NCBI GenBank assembly: GCA_963422645.2
Contig: CAXXVO010000008.1
Span: forward strand, 352,001-416,000
DNA length: 64,000 nucleotides
Origin: Alphaproteobacteria bacterium
GTDB taxonomy: Bacteria > Pseudomonadota > Alphaproteobacteria > UBA828
Direction of reading: 5' to 3'
Part shown: in pieces, positions 30,742-40,018 of the stretch
Layout of the letters: every line of letters begins with the position of its first letter
Position numbering within the stretch: the first letter of the stretch is position 1
Translations under genes and position numbers: made by a program
Notes under the pieces: model-generated
Told to the model about the DNA's origin: nothing
The model's input: the letters and a program-made list of their open reading frames with translations, nothing else
Databases searched by the model: none

Positions 30742-31153
30742 TCAGCCTTCATCGGTGTCCGCATTACGGCGGCCGTCGACTGACGGCGGCCGTAATGCGG
30801 ACACCATCAAGTCGGCATCCAGCTTCGGCTCGTCCCATCTCCGGATGGCGCGCTGCCACAACCCCAGCATGGCCTGAAAACCCGGATCGTCGAAGTGAAT
30901 GAACATGGAACGTATAGAGCCGGTTGACGACCTGCCGCATCAGGTCGCGCATCGCGTCGTCGTCGAAGTGCGACACCCGAGGCCAGGGAATGCGGTTGCC
31001 GTCCGCGCCGACCACGACCACATCGGAATAGTCCCCGGTGCGGCTGACCGGGACGATGCCCGCGTGGATATCCTCGAGCTTTGTGTTGCGCACGCACGTC
31101 ACGGCCATCAGCTTGGACAGGGCAGCAAGGGTCTCGCGCTTTTCCTCATCCAT
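30742..31153 (-). pseudogene. Conserved hypothetical protein, frameshifted by a TTCA tandem duplication (~30895-30902)
   Basis: MDEEKRETLAALSKLMAVTCVRNTKLEDIHAG...YTFHVH, continuing as FDDPGFQAM..WDEPKLD in another frame. Confidence 0.6.
30754..30805. repeat. 52-bp near-perfect inverted repeat
   Basis: GGTGTCCGCATTACGGCGGCCGTC-GACT-GACGGCGGCCGTAATGCGGACACC: 24-bp arms with 1 mismatch. Confidence 0.85.
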
Positions 31154-31417
31154 GGCCCGGTCTCCTCCGCAATGTCCCGGCCGTCGCCGTCGCGCAGCGT
31201 TCGCTGGCCGCACGCTCCCGGTCATCCCAGCGGCGTGCTCGCGCTTGACGCGGCATCCCGCAGACGAGTTCCCGTTTCCCACGCCGCCGCTGCTGCCGCA
31301 AGCGCCGCGCCAAGGTGGGCAGGTGGGCTTCTGGCCCCGCCCTCTGCCCTCTGCCCTCGGCTACGATCGCAGCCGACGGTTGCACCGCCAGCGCGGCCGC
31401 ACGGGGAGCACGCGGCC

Positions 31418-32461
31418 ATGCGCCACGACCAGATATACAAGTCGATATTTTCGCACCGCGTGTCCGTCGAGCATCTGCTCCACTTCATCGCCGGCATGGT
31501 CGACGACGGCCCCGAGTGGCTCGCGGCCTTCGACCCGGAGACCCTGGAGCCGGTGCCGACCGAGCGCATCGACGAGACCCTTCACCGCCACCTCAGCGAT
31601 CTGATCTGGCGCGTTCGCCTGCGGGGCGGCGGCGAGGAGGACTGGGCCTACCTGTTCGTGCTGATCGAGTTCCAGTCTTCCGTGGACCATCTGATGGCGC
31701 TGCGGGTCAACACCTACGTCAATCTGCTGTACCGGGGCCTCTGGGCGGGCCGGCACTTCGGCGCTTCGGACCGCCTGCCGCCGGTGCTTCCGGTGGTGCT
31801 CTACAACGGCGCCTCGCCGTGGACGGCGGCGGCGAGCGTTGAGGCCCTGGTCTCGCCGGAGGGGCGGCCCTCCGGGCTTGCGGGTCCTGCGCCGGTCTAT
31901 GCGGGCTCGGCCTACGTGACGCTTGACGTCGGCCGGGTTGGGGGCGGACACTCCCCGCCGGACGATGTGGTTTCTCTTGTGATCGGCATCGAGCGGATGT
32001 CGTCGCTTGGGGAGGGATACGCGACGCTGCTTGAGGCATTCTCCGTACTTCGCGGTTCCGAGCACCGTGCGCTGCGTCGAATATTTCATGAGTGGTTCAG
32101 CTTGCTTGTCGGACAAGGCGCCGGCGGCGCCTTGATCGAGGGGTTCGAGGAGATGGAGCGACTTGAGGAAGCGGGCGAGTTGCGGACGCCGGTCCAGGAC
32201 CGGGTGCGCGCATGGCAGGAGGCGGAACGCGAGCAGGGCCGCGCGGAGGGCGTCGAGCAGGGCCGCGCGGAAGGTGTCGAGCAGGAGCGCGCGCTGCTGC
32301 TGCGCCAGACCGAACGGAAGTTCGGCGCGGACACTGCCGGCCGCGCTGCGCCCCTGCTGGCCGGGATCGGCGAGCCGGAGCGGCTGGCGGACGTCGGCGA
32401 CTGGATCATCGACTGCGCCACAGGCGACGTGCTGATCGCGCGGCTGGAGGGCGCAGCCTAG
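31418..32461 (+). CDS. Rpn/YhgA-like recombination-promoting nuclease (PD-(D/E)XK) with DUF4351-like tail
   Basis: HDQIYKSIFS, SDLIWRV, LIEFQSSVD.LMALR, LPPVLPVVLYNG..PW, EQGRAEGV repeats, RKFG. Confidence 0.88.
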   Translation: MRHDQIYKSIFSHRVSVEHLLHFIAGMVDDGPEWLAAFDPETLEPVPTERIDETLHRHLSDLIWRVRLRGGGEEDWAYLFVLIEFQSSVDHLMALRVNTYVNLLYRGLWAGRHFGASDRLPPVLPVVLYNGASPWTAAASVEALVSPEGRPSGLAGPAPVYAGSAYVTLDVGRVGGGHSPPDDVVSLVIGIERMSSLGEGYATLLEAFSVLRGSEHRALRRIFHEWFSLLVGQGAGGALIEGFEEMERLEEAGELRTPVQDRVRAWQEAEREQGRAEGVEQGRAEGVEQERALLLRQTERKFGADTAGRAAPLLAGIGEPERLADVGDWIIDCATGDVLIARLEGAA

Positions 32462-32512
32462 CCGGGGCGTGCCGCGCGCCCTTCGCAGATTAGCGCGAGG
32501 GGCCGCGACGCT

Positions 32513-34366
32513 TCAGCCCGTCCGCAGACCGAAGCCGAGATCGCGAACGGCCTTGCGGAACGCCGCCTCGGACCTCGTCCGAACCGCCAGATGCCGTTTC
32601 CCCGCGCGCAGGCAGAGCCTGGCCGTGCGCTCGTCGCCTGCGATCCTGGCGGCGACATCCTCGTCGGCGCATTCGATCAACAGCGCCGCCCCTTGCGCCC
32701 TGAGCGCGCCCGCCCCACGCTCCACGTTGCGCAGGAAGCCCTCGACCGTCTCGGGCAGAGGCTGGTCGTCCCGTGCCGCCAGGAATGCGCGCAACTCGTC
32801 GGCATCGTGCCCGCTCTCGAAGGCCGCCAGGGTCCTGTCGCGCGCCAGCCGCCAGACGCCCTCCGCCTCGGCCTCCGCAAACGTCTCCAGCATCAGCCTC
32901 TCGTCCGCCGACAAGGCCTCGCCGGTACACACTCGCAGGTCGGGAAAGACGGTCAGCGAGGTGCGCTCCGCCGGCGCGCCCGGCTCGTAAGTGTCGGCGA
33001 GTCCCAGGCAGTACGCGCCGAGCGGGTTCAGCCGGAAGAATTGCAGCCCGTCGTAGCGGCTGAGCCAGGCCAGCTCGTCACTCCCCGGCAGCCCCGTGAA
33101 ATCGAGCCGCGCTCCCTTCGGATGGATATAGGCGACATCGATCAGGCCCAACGTCGCGGCGTACTCGAACAGCACACACAGAAGGTAACGGTCCTGCAGG
33201 ATGCTCCAGCCGTGACAGCCGGCATAGCCCAGGCTGTCGTAGTGCGGATCGAAGAGGTAGAGCTTCCACGGGTCGCGCGTGATGCCGAACGCGAAGGACG
33301 CCGCCTGCATGAAGCGCGAGAACTCGTCGAAGCGCACCCAGCGGCCCAAAGGACAGTGCTCCAGCGCCTCGGCGATCACCGGGCGGCGCGCCGACACCGC
33401 AATCATCGCGCGCCTGCCCTTGCCGCGTTGCTGGCCCTTGATGGCGTCGATGCGGCTGAACTCGTCGAGCAGGCCGTTCCCGATCCAGCGTTGCCAGAGA
33501 TGGCGCAGCGTCTCCGCTGCGGGCGCGCCCAGGGCCGCATGACCCGTCTTCGTCAGCGCCAGCTTCGAGCCCCGGGGCTCGGCCAGCTTGCCGGCCTGCA
33601 CCAGCAACGGCCAGGCGAACGCCCTGACGGGGCCGATCGCCTGCTCCCCGCGCTGCCGCTTCTCCGCGAGCTCGAAGAAATCGCCCGCGTCCAGCTCCCC
33701 GGCGATGGCCGCCGCCGCAGCCACCGAAGCCCGCCGCGTCTTCGCGCTCACCGCGACCCGGCCCAGGTCGATCAGGCGCAGCACGGCGACGAGGTCCCTC
33801 TGCGCCGCGCGCTCCATGTCGCGGCGAACCAGCTGGACGCGGTCGAACGCCGGCTCCTCGCCCTCGGGCACGTAGCCGCGCCGCCGCCGGTCGACCGCCT
33901 CCGGCAGCTCGTCCTCAGCGGCGAGCGCCGCCTCGGGCGGCGCGGGCACGAACGCATGCAGACGCTGCGCCAGGTCCGGCGGAATGAACGGCCTCTCGCC
34001 CACGCCCACGTGGCTGCCGCTGAAATGGAGGAAGAAGCGCAGGGGCAACGCGTCGGGAGCCCCGCGCCGGTCGAAGCCTTCGGGCAGCGCGCCGTACCTG
34101 GCCTCGAACCGCTCGGGCTCGAAGCCCTCCGCATCGTGCAGCGCCTCGTCTACCGCCAGTCGTTGAAGCTCGTCGAGACCGTCCCACAGGCGGCGGAGCG
34201 AGGCGCCGGCGAGACGGCCCTCGATGGCCGCGACCATGTCGGCCTTGCGGGTGGGCTGCGGCTTCGGCACCGAGAGCCAGTTCACCATGACCCGGAGGTC
34301 GTGGTTGCTCAGCGCGGCGAGAGCCTTCGCCAGGGTAGGGGTCCAGTCATCGGCGACACGGGCCAT
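32513..34366 (-). CDS. Hypothetical protein with C-terminal helicase-associated (XPB-N-like) domain
   Basis: 617-aa ORF with high-GC codon bias; C-terminal LTVFPDL...WRLARDRTLAA..G...L.AFL...QPLPETV. Confidence 0.7.
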   Translation of the reverse strand: MARVADDWTPTLAKALAALSNHDLRVMVNWLSVPKPQPTRKADMVAAIEGRLAGASLRRLWDGLDELQRLAVDEALHDAEGFEPERFEARYGALPEGFDRRGAPDALPLRFFLHFSGSHVGVGERPFIPPDLAQRLHAFVPAPPEAALAAEDELPEAVDRRRRGYVPEGEEPAFDRVQLVRRDMERAAQRDLVAVLRLIDLGRVAVSAKTRRASVAAAAAIAGELDAGDFFELAEKRQRGEQAIGPVRAFAWPLLVQAGKLAEPRGSKLALTKTGHAALGAPAAETLRHLWQRWIGNGLLDEFSRIDAIKGQQRGKGRRAMIAVSARRPVIAEALEHCPLGRWVRFDEFSRFMQAASFAFGITRDPWKLYLFDPHYDSLGYAGCHGWSILQDRYLLCVLFEYAATLGLIDVAYIHPKGARLDFTGLPGSDELAWLSRYDGLQFFRLNPLGAYCLGLADTYEPGAPAERTSLTVFPDLRVCTGEALSADERLMLETFAEAEAEGVWRLARDRTLAAFESGHDADELRAFLAARDDQPLPETVEGFLRNVERGAGALRAQGAALLIECADEDVAARIAGDERTARLCLRAGKRHLAVRTRSEAAFRKAVRDLGFGLRTG

Positions 34367-34511
34367 CGTTCAATCCCCTCCCGCGTGCGGATACGGTCGT
34401 GACGGCATGAGAAGTGGGCCAGCCAGGTCCCCGCGTCGCGCACTCCCCGCAGTTGCGCACGGCGCATGGCGGGTGCCGCCGACAGGTCGAGCACAGGAAG
34501 CGCCCGGGCTG

Positions 34512-34937
34512 CTAGCGCTCACCGACGGCCCTGTCGTCGCCATCCGAGCCCATGACGCGCGTAATCAGGTCATCGGTGACGTCCTCGAAGTAGCTCTCCA
34601 GCTCGGAGTGAAGCCGCTCGAACTCCGGCCACACCACGCCGTCGAAGTCGCGCTCGCGGGCGCGCACCATGACCGTCGTCCGCCGTTGCCGCGCATAGCG
34701 GTAGGGCTTGATCCCGTGCTTGCGGCAGACCGCGGCGAGCAGGCTGACCGACCACACGTCGGGCAGCGTCAGCTTCAGCTCCACCTCCGGTTCGCGCTTC
34801 CCGTCCCGGCTGCCCAGCCGGGCGCGCAGCCGGTCCATCGCCGCCCCTGCGGCCGCCCGCTCCCCCGGACCGCCGGCACGCCGGAAGAGCGCCTCCACCT
34901 TGGCGAGTTTCGCCCTGAGCGCTTCCTCGCCGGCCAT
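34512..34937 (-). CDS. Conserved hypothetical protein
   Basis: KLAKVEALF..AG.PGERAAA.AA, YRYARQRRTTVMV; RBS AAGGGG. Confidence 0.7.
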   Translation of the reverse strand: MAGEEALRAKLAKVEALFRRAGGPGERAAAGAAMDRLRARLGSRDGKREPEVELKLTLPDVWSVSLLAAVCRKHGIKPYRYARQRRTTVMVRARERDFDGVVWPEFERLHSELESYFEDVTDDLITRVMGSDGDDRAVGER

Positions 34938-35330
34938 CGCAAGACCCCTTGACGAACTGCATCCCCGACACGGCGATCGCCCCCGCGTCTCGCCGTCTAT
35001 GCCAGCAACGCGGCGAGCCCGGCAAGCACCTCGTCAACGATCGCCGCCGAAACGGAGTCCAGGCGTCTGCCGTTCCGGGCAGCAAGGTCGAGGACGCGGG
35101 GCCGATCGCAGCGGATTGCCCCGGTGGTCCGGGCGCTTCCTCGTCGGCCGACAGGGTCTCGCCGGTACACACCCGCCGGTCGGGTCTGCCGTGTGTCCTC
35201 TGTCCTCAGGCCGTTCCCGGCGGGATAAGCGTGCCCCCCGTCCTCTCCTCCGCGCCTGCAATCATGAGACGCGCCACGGATGTCTTCTCCGTTTTCGAGC
35301 GCGGCGCGGGACACGACGCCAAGGCCACGC

Positions 35331-36494
35331 TTACGGCATGATGTCGGCGGCGATGCTGTCCGCCACAAGGGCCGCAGCCTCTTTCACCGAGTCCCGAGCC
35401 AGGTGGGCGTACCGCGCTGTCGTCTGCAATTTCCGGTGGCCGAGTAGCTTTCCGATCATCGTGAGATCCTCGCCCAGCGCCAAAGCCCGCGAGGCAAAGC
35501 TGTGGCGAAGGTCGTGAAGCCGCACGTCTTCCAGCCCGGCGCGCTCCCTGACCGGGTACCAGTAGTAGGCGAGGTGCGTCAGCCGCTCGCCCGGCTCACG
35601 GCCCGCGATCACCCAGGGATTGCCGGCAAGACGCGGCACGTTCGCCAATACCCGCGCCGCCGCCGGCGACAGCGGAACCACGCGCGGGCCGGTCTTGCTC
35701 TCGCGCAACCGAACCTCGTTCCGCTCCAGCGCAACGTCCTCCCACCGAAGCCCCACCACTTCGCCCGAGCGGCACCCGGTCAGCATCAGAAGCCGGATCG
35801 CCGCCGCCGCGTGAGCCGGTAGCCAGCCCTCGGCCTCCATGTCGTCCAGAGCCCGGCCCAGGCGCCCGAACTCCTCCTCCGTCAGGAAGCGTTCCGGGCG
35901 CCGCGTCCGGTAGCGCGTCACGAAGCGGCAGGGGTTGCTGCCCGCCGGAACCAGTCCCCACGCCTCCGCCCGGTTCAGCATCCGCGACAGCGCCCCCACC
36001 GCCTCGTTCGCCGCCACCGGCGTCTTGCGCAGGCGGTAGTGAAGCTCGGCCACGTGCTCGCGGCCCAGCGCCGACAGCGGCACCTTGCCCAGCGGCGGCA
36101 GGACATGCTTGCCGATCACCAGACGGTAGCCGGCGATCGTGCTCGCCCTGCAGCGAACCTCCACGTGCTCGCGCATGTACCGCTCGGCCAGATCGGCCAC
36201 CGTCGGCCCGCTCCCCTCGCCCGCCCCCGGCTCTTCACCGGCCTTGATGCGGGCCAGGAGCGAAGTTCCCTGACTGCGCGCCTCGTCCGCAGAGATGGTG
36301 CCGTGACGGCCCACCGCGATCCGCTTCGACCCTCTGGGGCCGCGGCCCTGCACGAGGTACGTCTTCACGCCGTTGGGGTAGACCCGCACCCCGAAGCCGC
36401 GCAGGTCCCGGTCCCAGTAGATCACCTCCTTGTCGCGGGCCCGCAGGCCGTCCACCACCCGGTTCGACAGCGACTTCCGTTCAAGTCTCGCCAT
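35331..36494 (-). CDS. Tyrosine recombinase/integrase with arm-DNA-binding domain (2nd of tandem)
   Basis: WDRDLRGFGVRVYPNG arm domain; LMLTGCRSGE, ESKTG, HDLRHSFAS, LLGH, TTARYAH. Confidence 0.93.
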   Translation of the reverse strand: MARLERKSLSNRVVDGLRARDKEVIYWDRDLRGFGVRVYPNGVKTYLVQGRGPRGSKRIAVGRHGTISADEARSQGTSLLARIKAGEEPGAGEGSGPTVADLAERYMREHVEVRCRASTIAGYRLVIGKHVLPPLGKVPLSALGREHVAELHYRLRKTPVAANEAVGALSRMLNRAEAWGLVPAGSNPCRFVTRYRTRRPERFLTEEEFGRLGRALDDMEAEGWLPAHAAAAIRLLMLTGCRSGEVVGLRWEDVALERNEVRLRESKTGPRVVPLSPAAARVLANVPRLAGNPWVIAGREPGERLTHLAYYWYPVRERAGLEDVRLHDLRHSFASRALALGEDLTMIGKLLGHRKLQTTARYAHLARDSVKEAAALVADSIAADIMP

Positions 36495-36504
36495 GTCTCG
36501 ACCC

Positions 36505-37743
36505 CTACCGTCCCTGAGCCGGCGCGCCCGGCGACGATCCGTGTCCGCGGGCATGGGCCGCGGCGGCCTCGGCGCGCACAACGTCGTCCTCGATGCTGCC
36601 TCCCACCCGCGCCGCCGCGATCTTCTCCGCGTCCCGCGACAGGTGCGCGTAGCGCGCCGTGCTGCCGATGTCCGTGTGGCCCAGAAGACGGCCGATCATC
36701 GGAAGCGCAAGACCTACAGCCAGAGCCCGCGACGCAAAGCTGTGCCGCAGGTCGTGGATCCTCACATCCTCGACTTCCGCCTGCTCCCGAACCCGATGCC
36801 AGTACTTGGTCAGAGTCGACAGGTGGCGATCCGGCTTGCGCGCCGGGAACACCCACGGGCTCCGCCGCACACGCTTGATCCCGGCCAGCACCTCCAGCGC
36901 TGGCGGCGGCAGCGGCACCATCCGCGCACCCGTCTTCGCGTCGCGAAGCCGGAGCTCGCCTGCCTTGCGGTCGACGTCGCTCCACCGCAGCGTCAGTACC
37001 TCCCCCGCGCGGCAACCCGTCAGCATGATCAGCCGCAACGCCGCAGCGGCCCGCGCCTGCAGCGGGCCGCCGGCCTCCAGCTCCCGCAGTGCAAGACCCA
37101 GCCTGCGGTACTCGTCTTCCGTGAGAAAGCGCTCCCGCCGGCCCTCCTTGTAGCGCAGCACGTGCCGGCACGGGTTGCCCCCGGGCGGCGCCAGTCCCCA
37201 CGCCTCCGCCAATTTGAACATCTTCGAGAGCACCATCAGCGCCCGGTTCGCCGCACGCGGCGTCTCGCGCATCCCGTAGTGCAGCGCCGCCACTTCCTCC
37301 CGGCCCACGGAAGTAACCTCCTTCGCGCCCAGCGCCGGCAGGATGTGGTTCCTCAGCGAGCCCGCGTAGATCCACTGGGTGTGCGCGTTGCAGTGCACCT
37401 TGACGTGGCCCTCCATGTAGCGCTCGGCCAGGGCGGCGACGGTGAACGTGCTCATGCCTTCAGACGGTCTCGGCTCCGGGTCCTCGCCCTGCTTGATGCG
37501 GGCGATTGCGGCGGCGGCCTTCTTGCGCGCCTCCTCGGCGGTGGTCTCGCCGTGCCGGCCGAGCGAGACCCGCCTGATGCCGGCCGGCCCCCGGCTCTGG
37601 GCCACGTAGATCTTGCTGCCGGAGGGGTAGACCCTGACGCCGAAGCCGGGCAGTTCCCGGTCCCAGAAGACGGCTTCCCCGTTCTCGACGGAGAGCCCGT
37701 CGACGGTGCGCTTTGAAATGGTGAGCTCGCCTCGTCTTGGCAT
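36505..37743 (-). CDS. Tyrosine recombinase/integrase with arm-DNA-binding domain (1st of tandem)
   Basis: WDRELPGFGVRVYPSG; IMLTGCRAGE, DAKTG, HDLRHSFAS, LLGH, STARYAH. Confidence 0.93.
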   Translation of the reverse strand: MPRRGELTISKRTVDGLSVENGEAVFWDRELPGFGVRVYPSGSKIYVAQSRGPAGIRRVSLGRHGETTAEEARKKAAAAIARIKQGEDPEPRPSEGMSTFTVAALAERYMEGHVKVHCNAHTQWIYAGSLRNHILPALGAKEVTSVGREEVAALHYGMRETPRAANRALMVLSKMFKLAEAWGLAPPGGNPCRHVLRYKEGRRERFLTEDEYRRLGLALRELEAGGPLQARAAAALRLIMLTGCRAGEVLTLRWSDVDRKAGELRLRDAKTGARMVPLPPPALEVLAGIKRVRRSPWVFPARKPDRHLSTLTKYWHRVREQAEVEDVRIHDLRHSFASRALAVGLALPMIGRLLGHTDIGSTARYAHLSRDAEKIAAARVGGSIEDDVVRAEAAAAHARGHGSSPGAPAQGR

Positions 37744-37891
37744 CGGGATTCCTCGAGTCGCGGCGGGTCTGGATCGCCGTAACAGCCGTAATCACTTCGT
37801 AAGCCGGTGAAATCAAACTCCAGCGTATTGGAGCGTAGGATTGACACAACGTCAAGCGGCATGTGGAGGTATGAGAATGAAACGAAGTAAC

Positions 37892-37900
37892 TGTTATAAT
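37892..37900 (+). promoter_or_regulatory. Extended -10 promoter for lipoprotein 2
   Basis: TG-T-TATAAT perfect consensus 107 bp upstream of ATG 38008 in an AT-rich intergenic region. Confidence 0.55.
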
Positions 37901-38007
37901 GCCGTTAATCGTACTCCAGCGTGCCGCAGCGTACCAGAGCGTAGCTCGGCGTAGACATTTTCACGATTCGCCAAACTCCGGATATTAAAAAGGAGAGCCT
38001 CGGAGCC

Positions 38008-39894
38008 ATGAAAAAGACGAAGCTGACTCGCAGTTTGATGGCGGCGTGCTCGATCGTCGCCCTCACCGCCGTCATGTACGGCTGTGTCCACAGTGGTGGG
38101 GACGGCGCAAGTACGGGCGGCGACACGGCCATGGAAGACATGATGCAGACGCCGGCCGAGCAACTGGCGGCCGCCCAGACGGCGGTTTCGGATGCAGAAG
38201 CGGCAGTGGCGGCTGCGACCAACGCAACTGAGCGTGCGGCCGCCTATGGCCAACTGGCGGCAGCGGAGCAGATGCTCGCGGATGCCGAGGCCATTCCTGA
38301 GAATGTGCTCGCGGCTTTGCGGCAGAGGCTCGCCGACGCGGAAGACGACCTTGACGACGCCGAAGCTCTCAGGACTGCCATTGATGCCGTGAACGCGGCC
38401 GAGATGGCAGCGGGCGCCTTGGACGCCGATTCGGACCAGGCTGCCATAACCGCGGCTATGGCTCTCGTGACGGCGGCCCAGACGGCGGTTGACGCCCTGG
38501 GTGCGGATGACCAGGCCCGGCTTCAGGGTCAGGTCGACGGCGCCGACTACATGGTCATGGCGGCTCAGACCAGGTTGAACAACGCGGTGCAGGTCGCGGC
38601 GGATACCAAGGCGGCCGGCACCAAGGCGGAGGCCATCGCCGCGGAGGCTGAGGTGGCAGCGGGGGACGATGAGGGTCTCGGTGGCACTGGTGAGCCCACG
38701 GATTCGCAGGTGGCCGGTGAATACAACTTGGCCATCGAGTACGGCGAGACCTCCATCACAGTCGAAGGCACGACCGAAGACGACGACGAGGAGTTCATGC
38801 TGGCCATGGACCTCGGCGGCGGCCGCACCATGCATACCCGCACGATGGACGCGGATGACGACGGCAACGTGGTGACGGAAGTCGCGATCGTCGCCACCGA
38901 CATCGAGGCGCCGACGGCGACGGCGTTCGGGATGGTTCATACGTTGGACATCAGGGTGGATGGAGAGGATGCGACCGAGGCGATGCCGGATGACGCCCTG
39001 AACGTGGTGGCCGATAATCTTGCTCATGTGAAAGCGGACGCATTCAAAGCGCCCGCCGGAACAGTCGGAACCACCGATCTTTCCTTCCAGCAAGCGGTGG
39101 AAGACAACGATCAGACGGACGAAGATGAGTCCATGGATGCCGCCGAAATTATGGGCACATACCAAGGCGCCATGGGCACTTTCAAGTGCAACGCGACCGC
39201 CGCGTGCACAGTCACGGTCGACACCATGGGCGTGGTGAGCGCCGTTTCGAATGCCGATGACTGGATTTTCATCCCCGCTTCGGGCGCCACGGTCGACGTG
39301 GATGACACCGACTACCTGCACTACGGCTTCTGGCTGCAGAAGACGACGGACAAGGACGGCGTGGTTACCTACGACGAGGTCCAGACCTTCGCCGATTCGT
39401 CCGTTGATGCCACCGGTAGCGTTGCTCAGGTTACAGGCAGCGCGACCTACGACGGCGGTGCCACGGGCGTGTATGTGCATAGCGTGACCAACTCGGATGG
39501 CACTGAAGCATCGGCCACCTCCGGCCAGTTCTCGGCCGACGCAAGCCTGACGGCGACGTTCGGCCAGGTGAACAACGACGCCACTCCGCCTGAGGGCACC
39601 ATCGCGCCTGCCTTGCTGAACACCGTCAGCGGGACAATCGACAACTTCGTCCTGGAAAATGACGAGCAGCAGGCTTGGGCGGTGAACTTGCAAGGCGACA
39701 TCACCGAGAACGATGGCACCGCGGCCGGCACTGCCAATGGCGGTGGCGCTGCAGGCACGTTCAACGCCACCTTCCATGGTCCGAACGTGGATGCTGACAA
39801 CGATCCAATCCAGCCCCATAGCGTGGTTGGCGAGTTCGACGCCAACTTCAGCAACGGCTCTGTGGCCGGCGCCTTCGGGGCGAGGAAGGACTAG
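38008..39894 (+). CDS. Surface lipoprotein 2 (Ala-rich helical stalk + acidic TbpB-like beta domains), predicted Slam cargo
   Basis: RBS AGGAG; signal MKKTKLTRSLMAACSIVALTAVMYG-C; YLHYGFWL, GSATYDGGATGVY, FSADASLTATFG, ATFHGP..GEFDANFSNGSVAGAFGA. Confidence 0.88.
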   Translation: MKKTKLTRSLMAACSIVALTAVMYGCVHSGGDGASTGGDTAMEDMMQTPAEQLAAAQTAVSDAEAAVAAATNATERAAAYGQLAAAEQMLADAEAIPENVLAALRQRLADAEDDLDDAEALRTAIDAVNAAEMAAGALDADSDQAAITAAMALVTAAQTAVDALGADDQARLQGQVDGADYMVMAAQTRLNNAVQVAADTKAAGTKAEAIAAEAEVAAGDDEGLGGTGEPTDSQVAGEYNLAIEYGETSITVEGTTEDDDEEFMLAMDLGGGRTMHTRTMDADDDGNVVTEVAIVATDIEAPTATAFGMVHTLDIRVDGEDATEAMPDDALNVVADNLAHVKADAFKAPAGTVGTTDLSFQQAVEDNDQTDEDESMDAAEIMGTYQGAMGTFKCNATAACTVTVDTMGVVSAVSNADDWIFIPASGATVDVDDTDYLHYGFWLQKTTDKDGVVTYDEVQTFADSSVDATGSVAQVTGSATYDGGATGVYVHSVTNSDGTEASATSGQFSADASLTATFGQVNNDATPPEGTIAPALLNTVSGTIDNFVLENDEQQAWAVNLQGDITENDGTAAGTANGGGAAGTFNATFHGPNVDADNDPIQPHSVVGEFDANFSNGSVAGAFGARKD

Positions 39895-39957
39895 TACACG
39901 CCAGCAGCTTCGGGGTTCTTCGACAAGAACCTGACTTTTTGGCACAGACTACAGTAT

Positions 39958-39986
39958 GGGGGTGGCAGATTTGCCACCCCCTTTTT
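39958..39986 (+). terminator. Rho-independent terminator between lipoprotein 2 and Slam 2
   Basis: GGGGGTGGCA-GATT-TGCCACCCCC-TTTTT, preceded by GGTTCTT-CGAC-AAGAACC-TGACTTTTT at 39914-39940. Confidence 0.8.
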
Positions 39987-40018
39987 CTGTCCACCGAACA
40001 CCGATCCGAGTATCGCAC

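Noticed and set aside
37894-39945. 683-aa antisense ORF over lipoprotein 2
   Set aside because: Mirror frame of the real gene, which has an RBS, lipobox and terminator.
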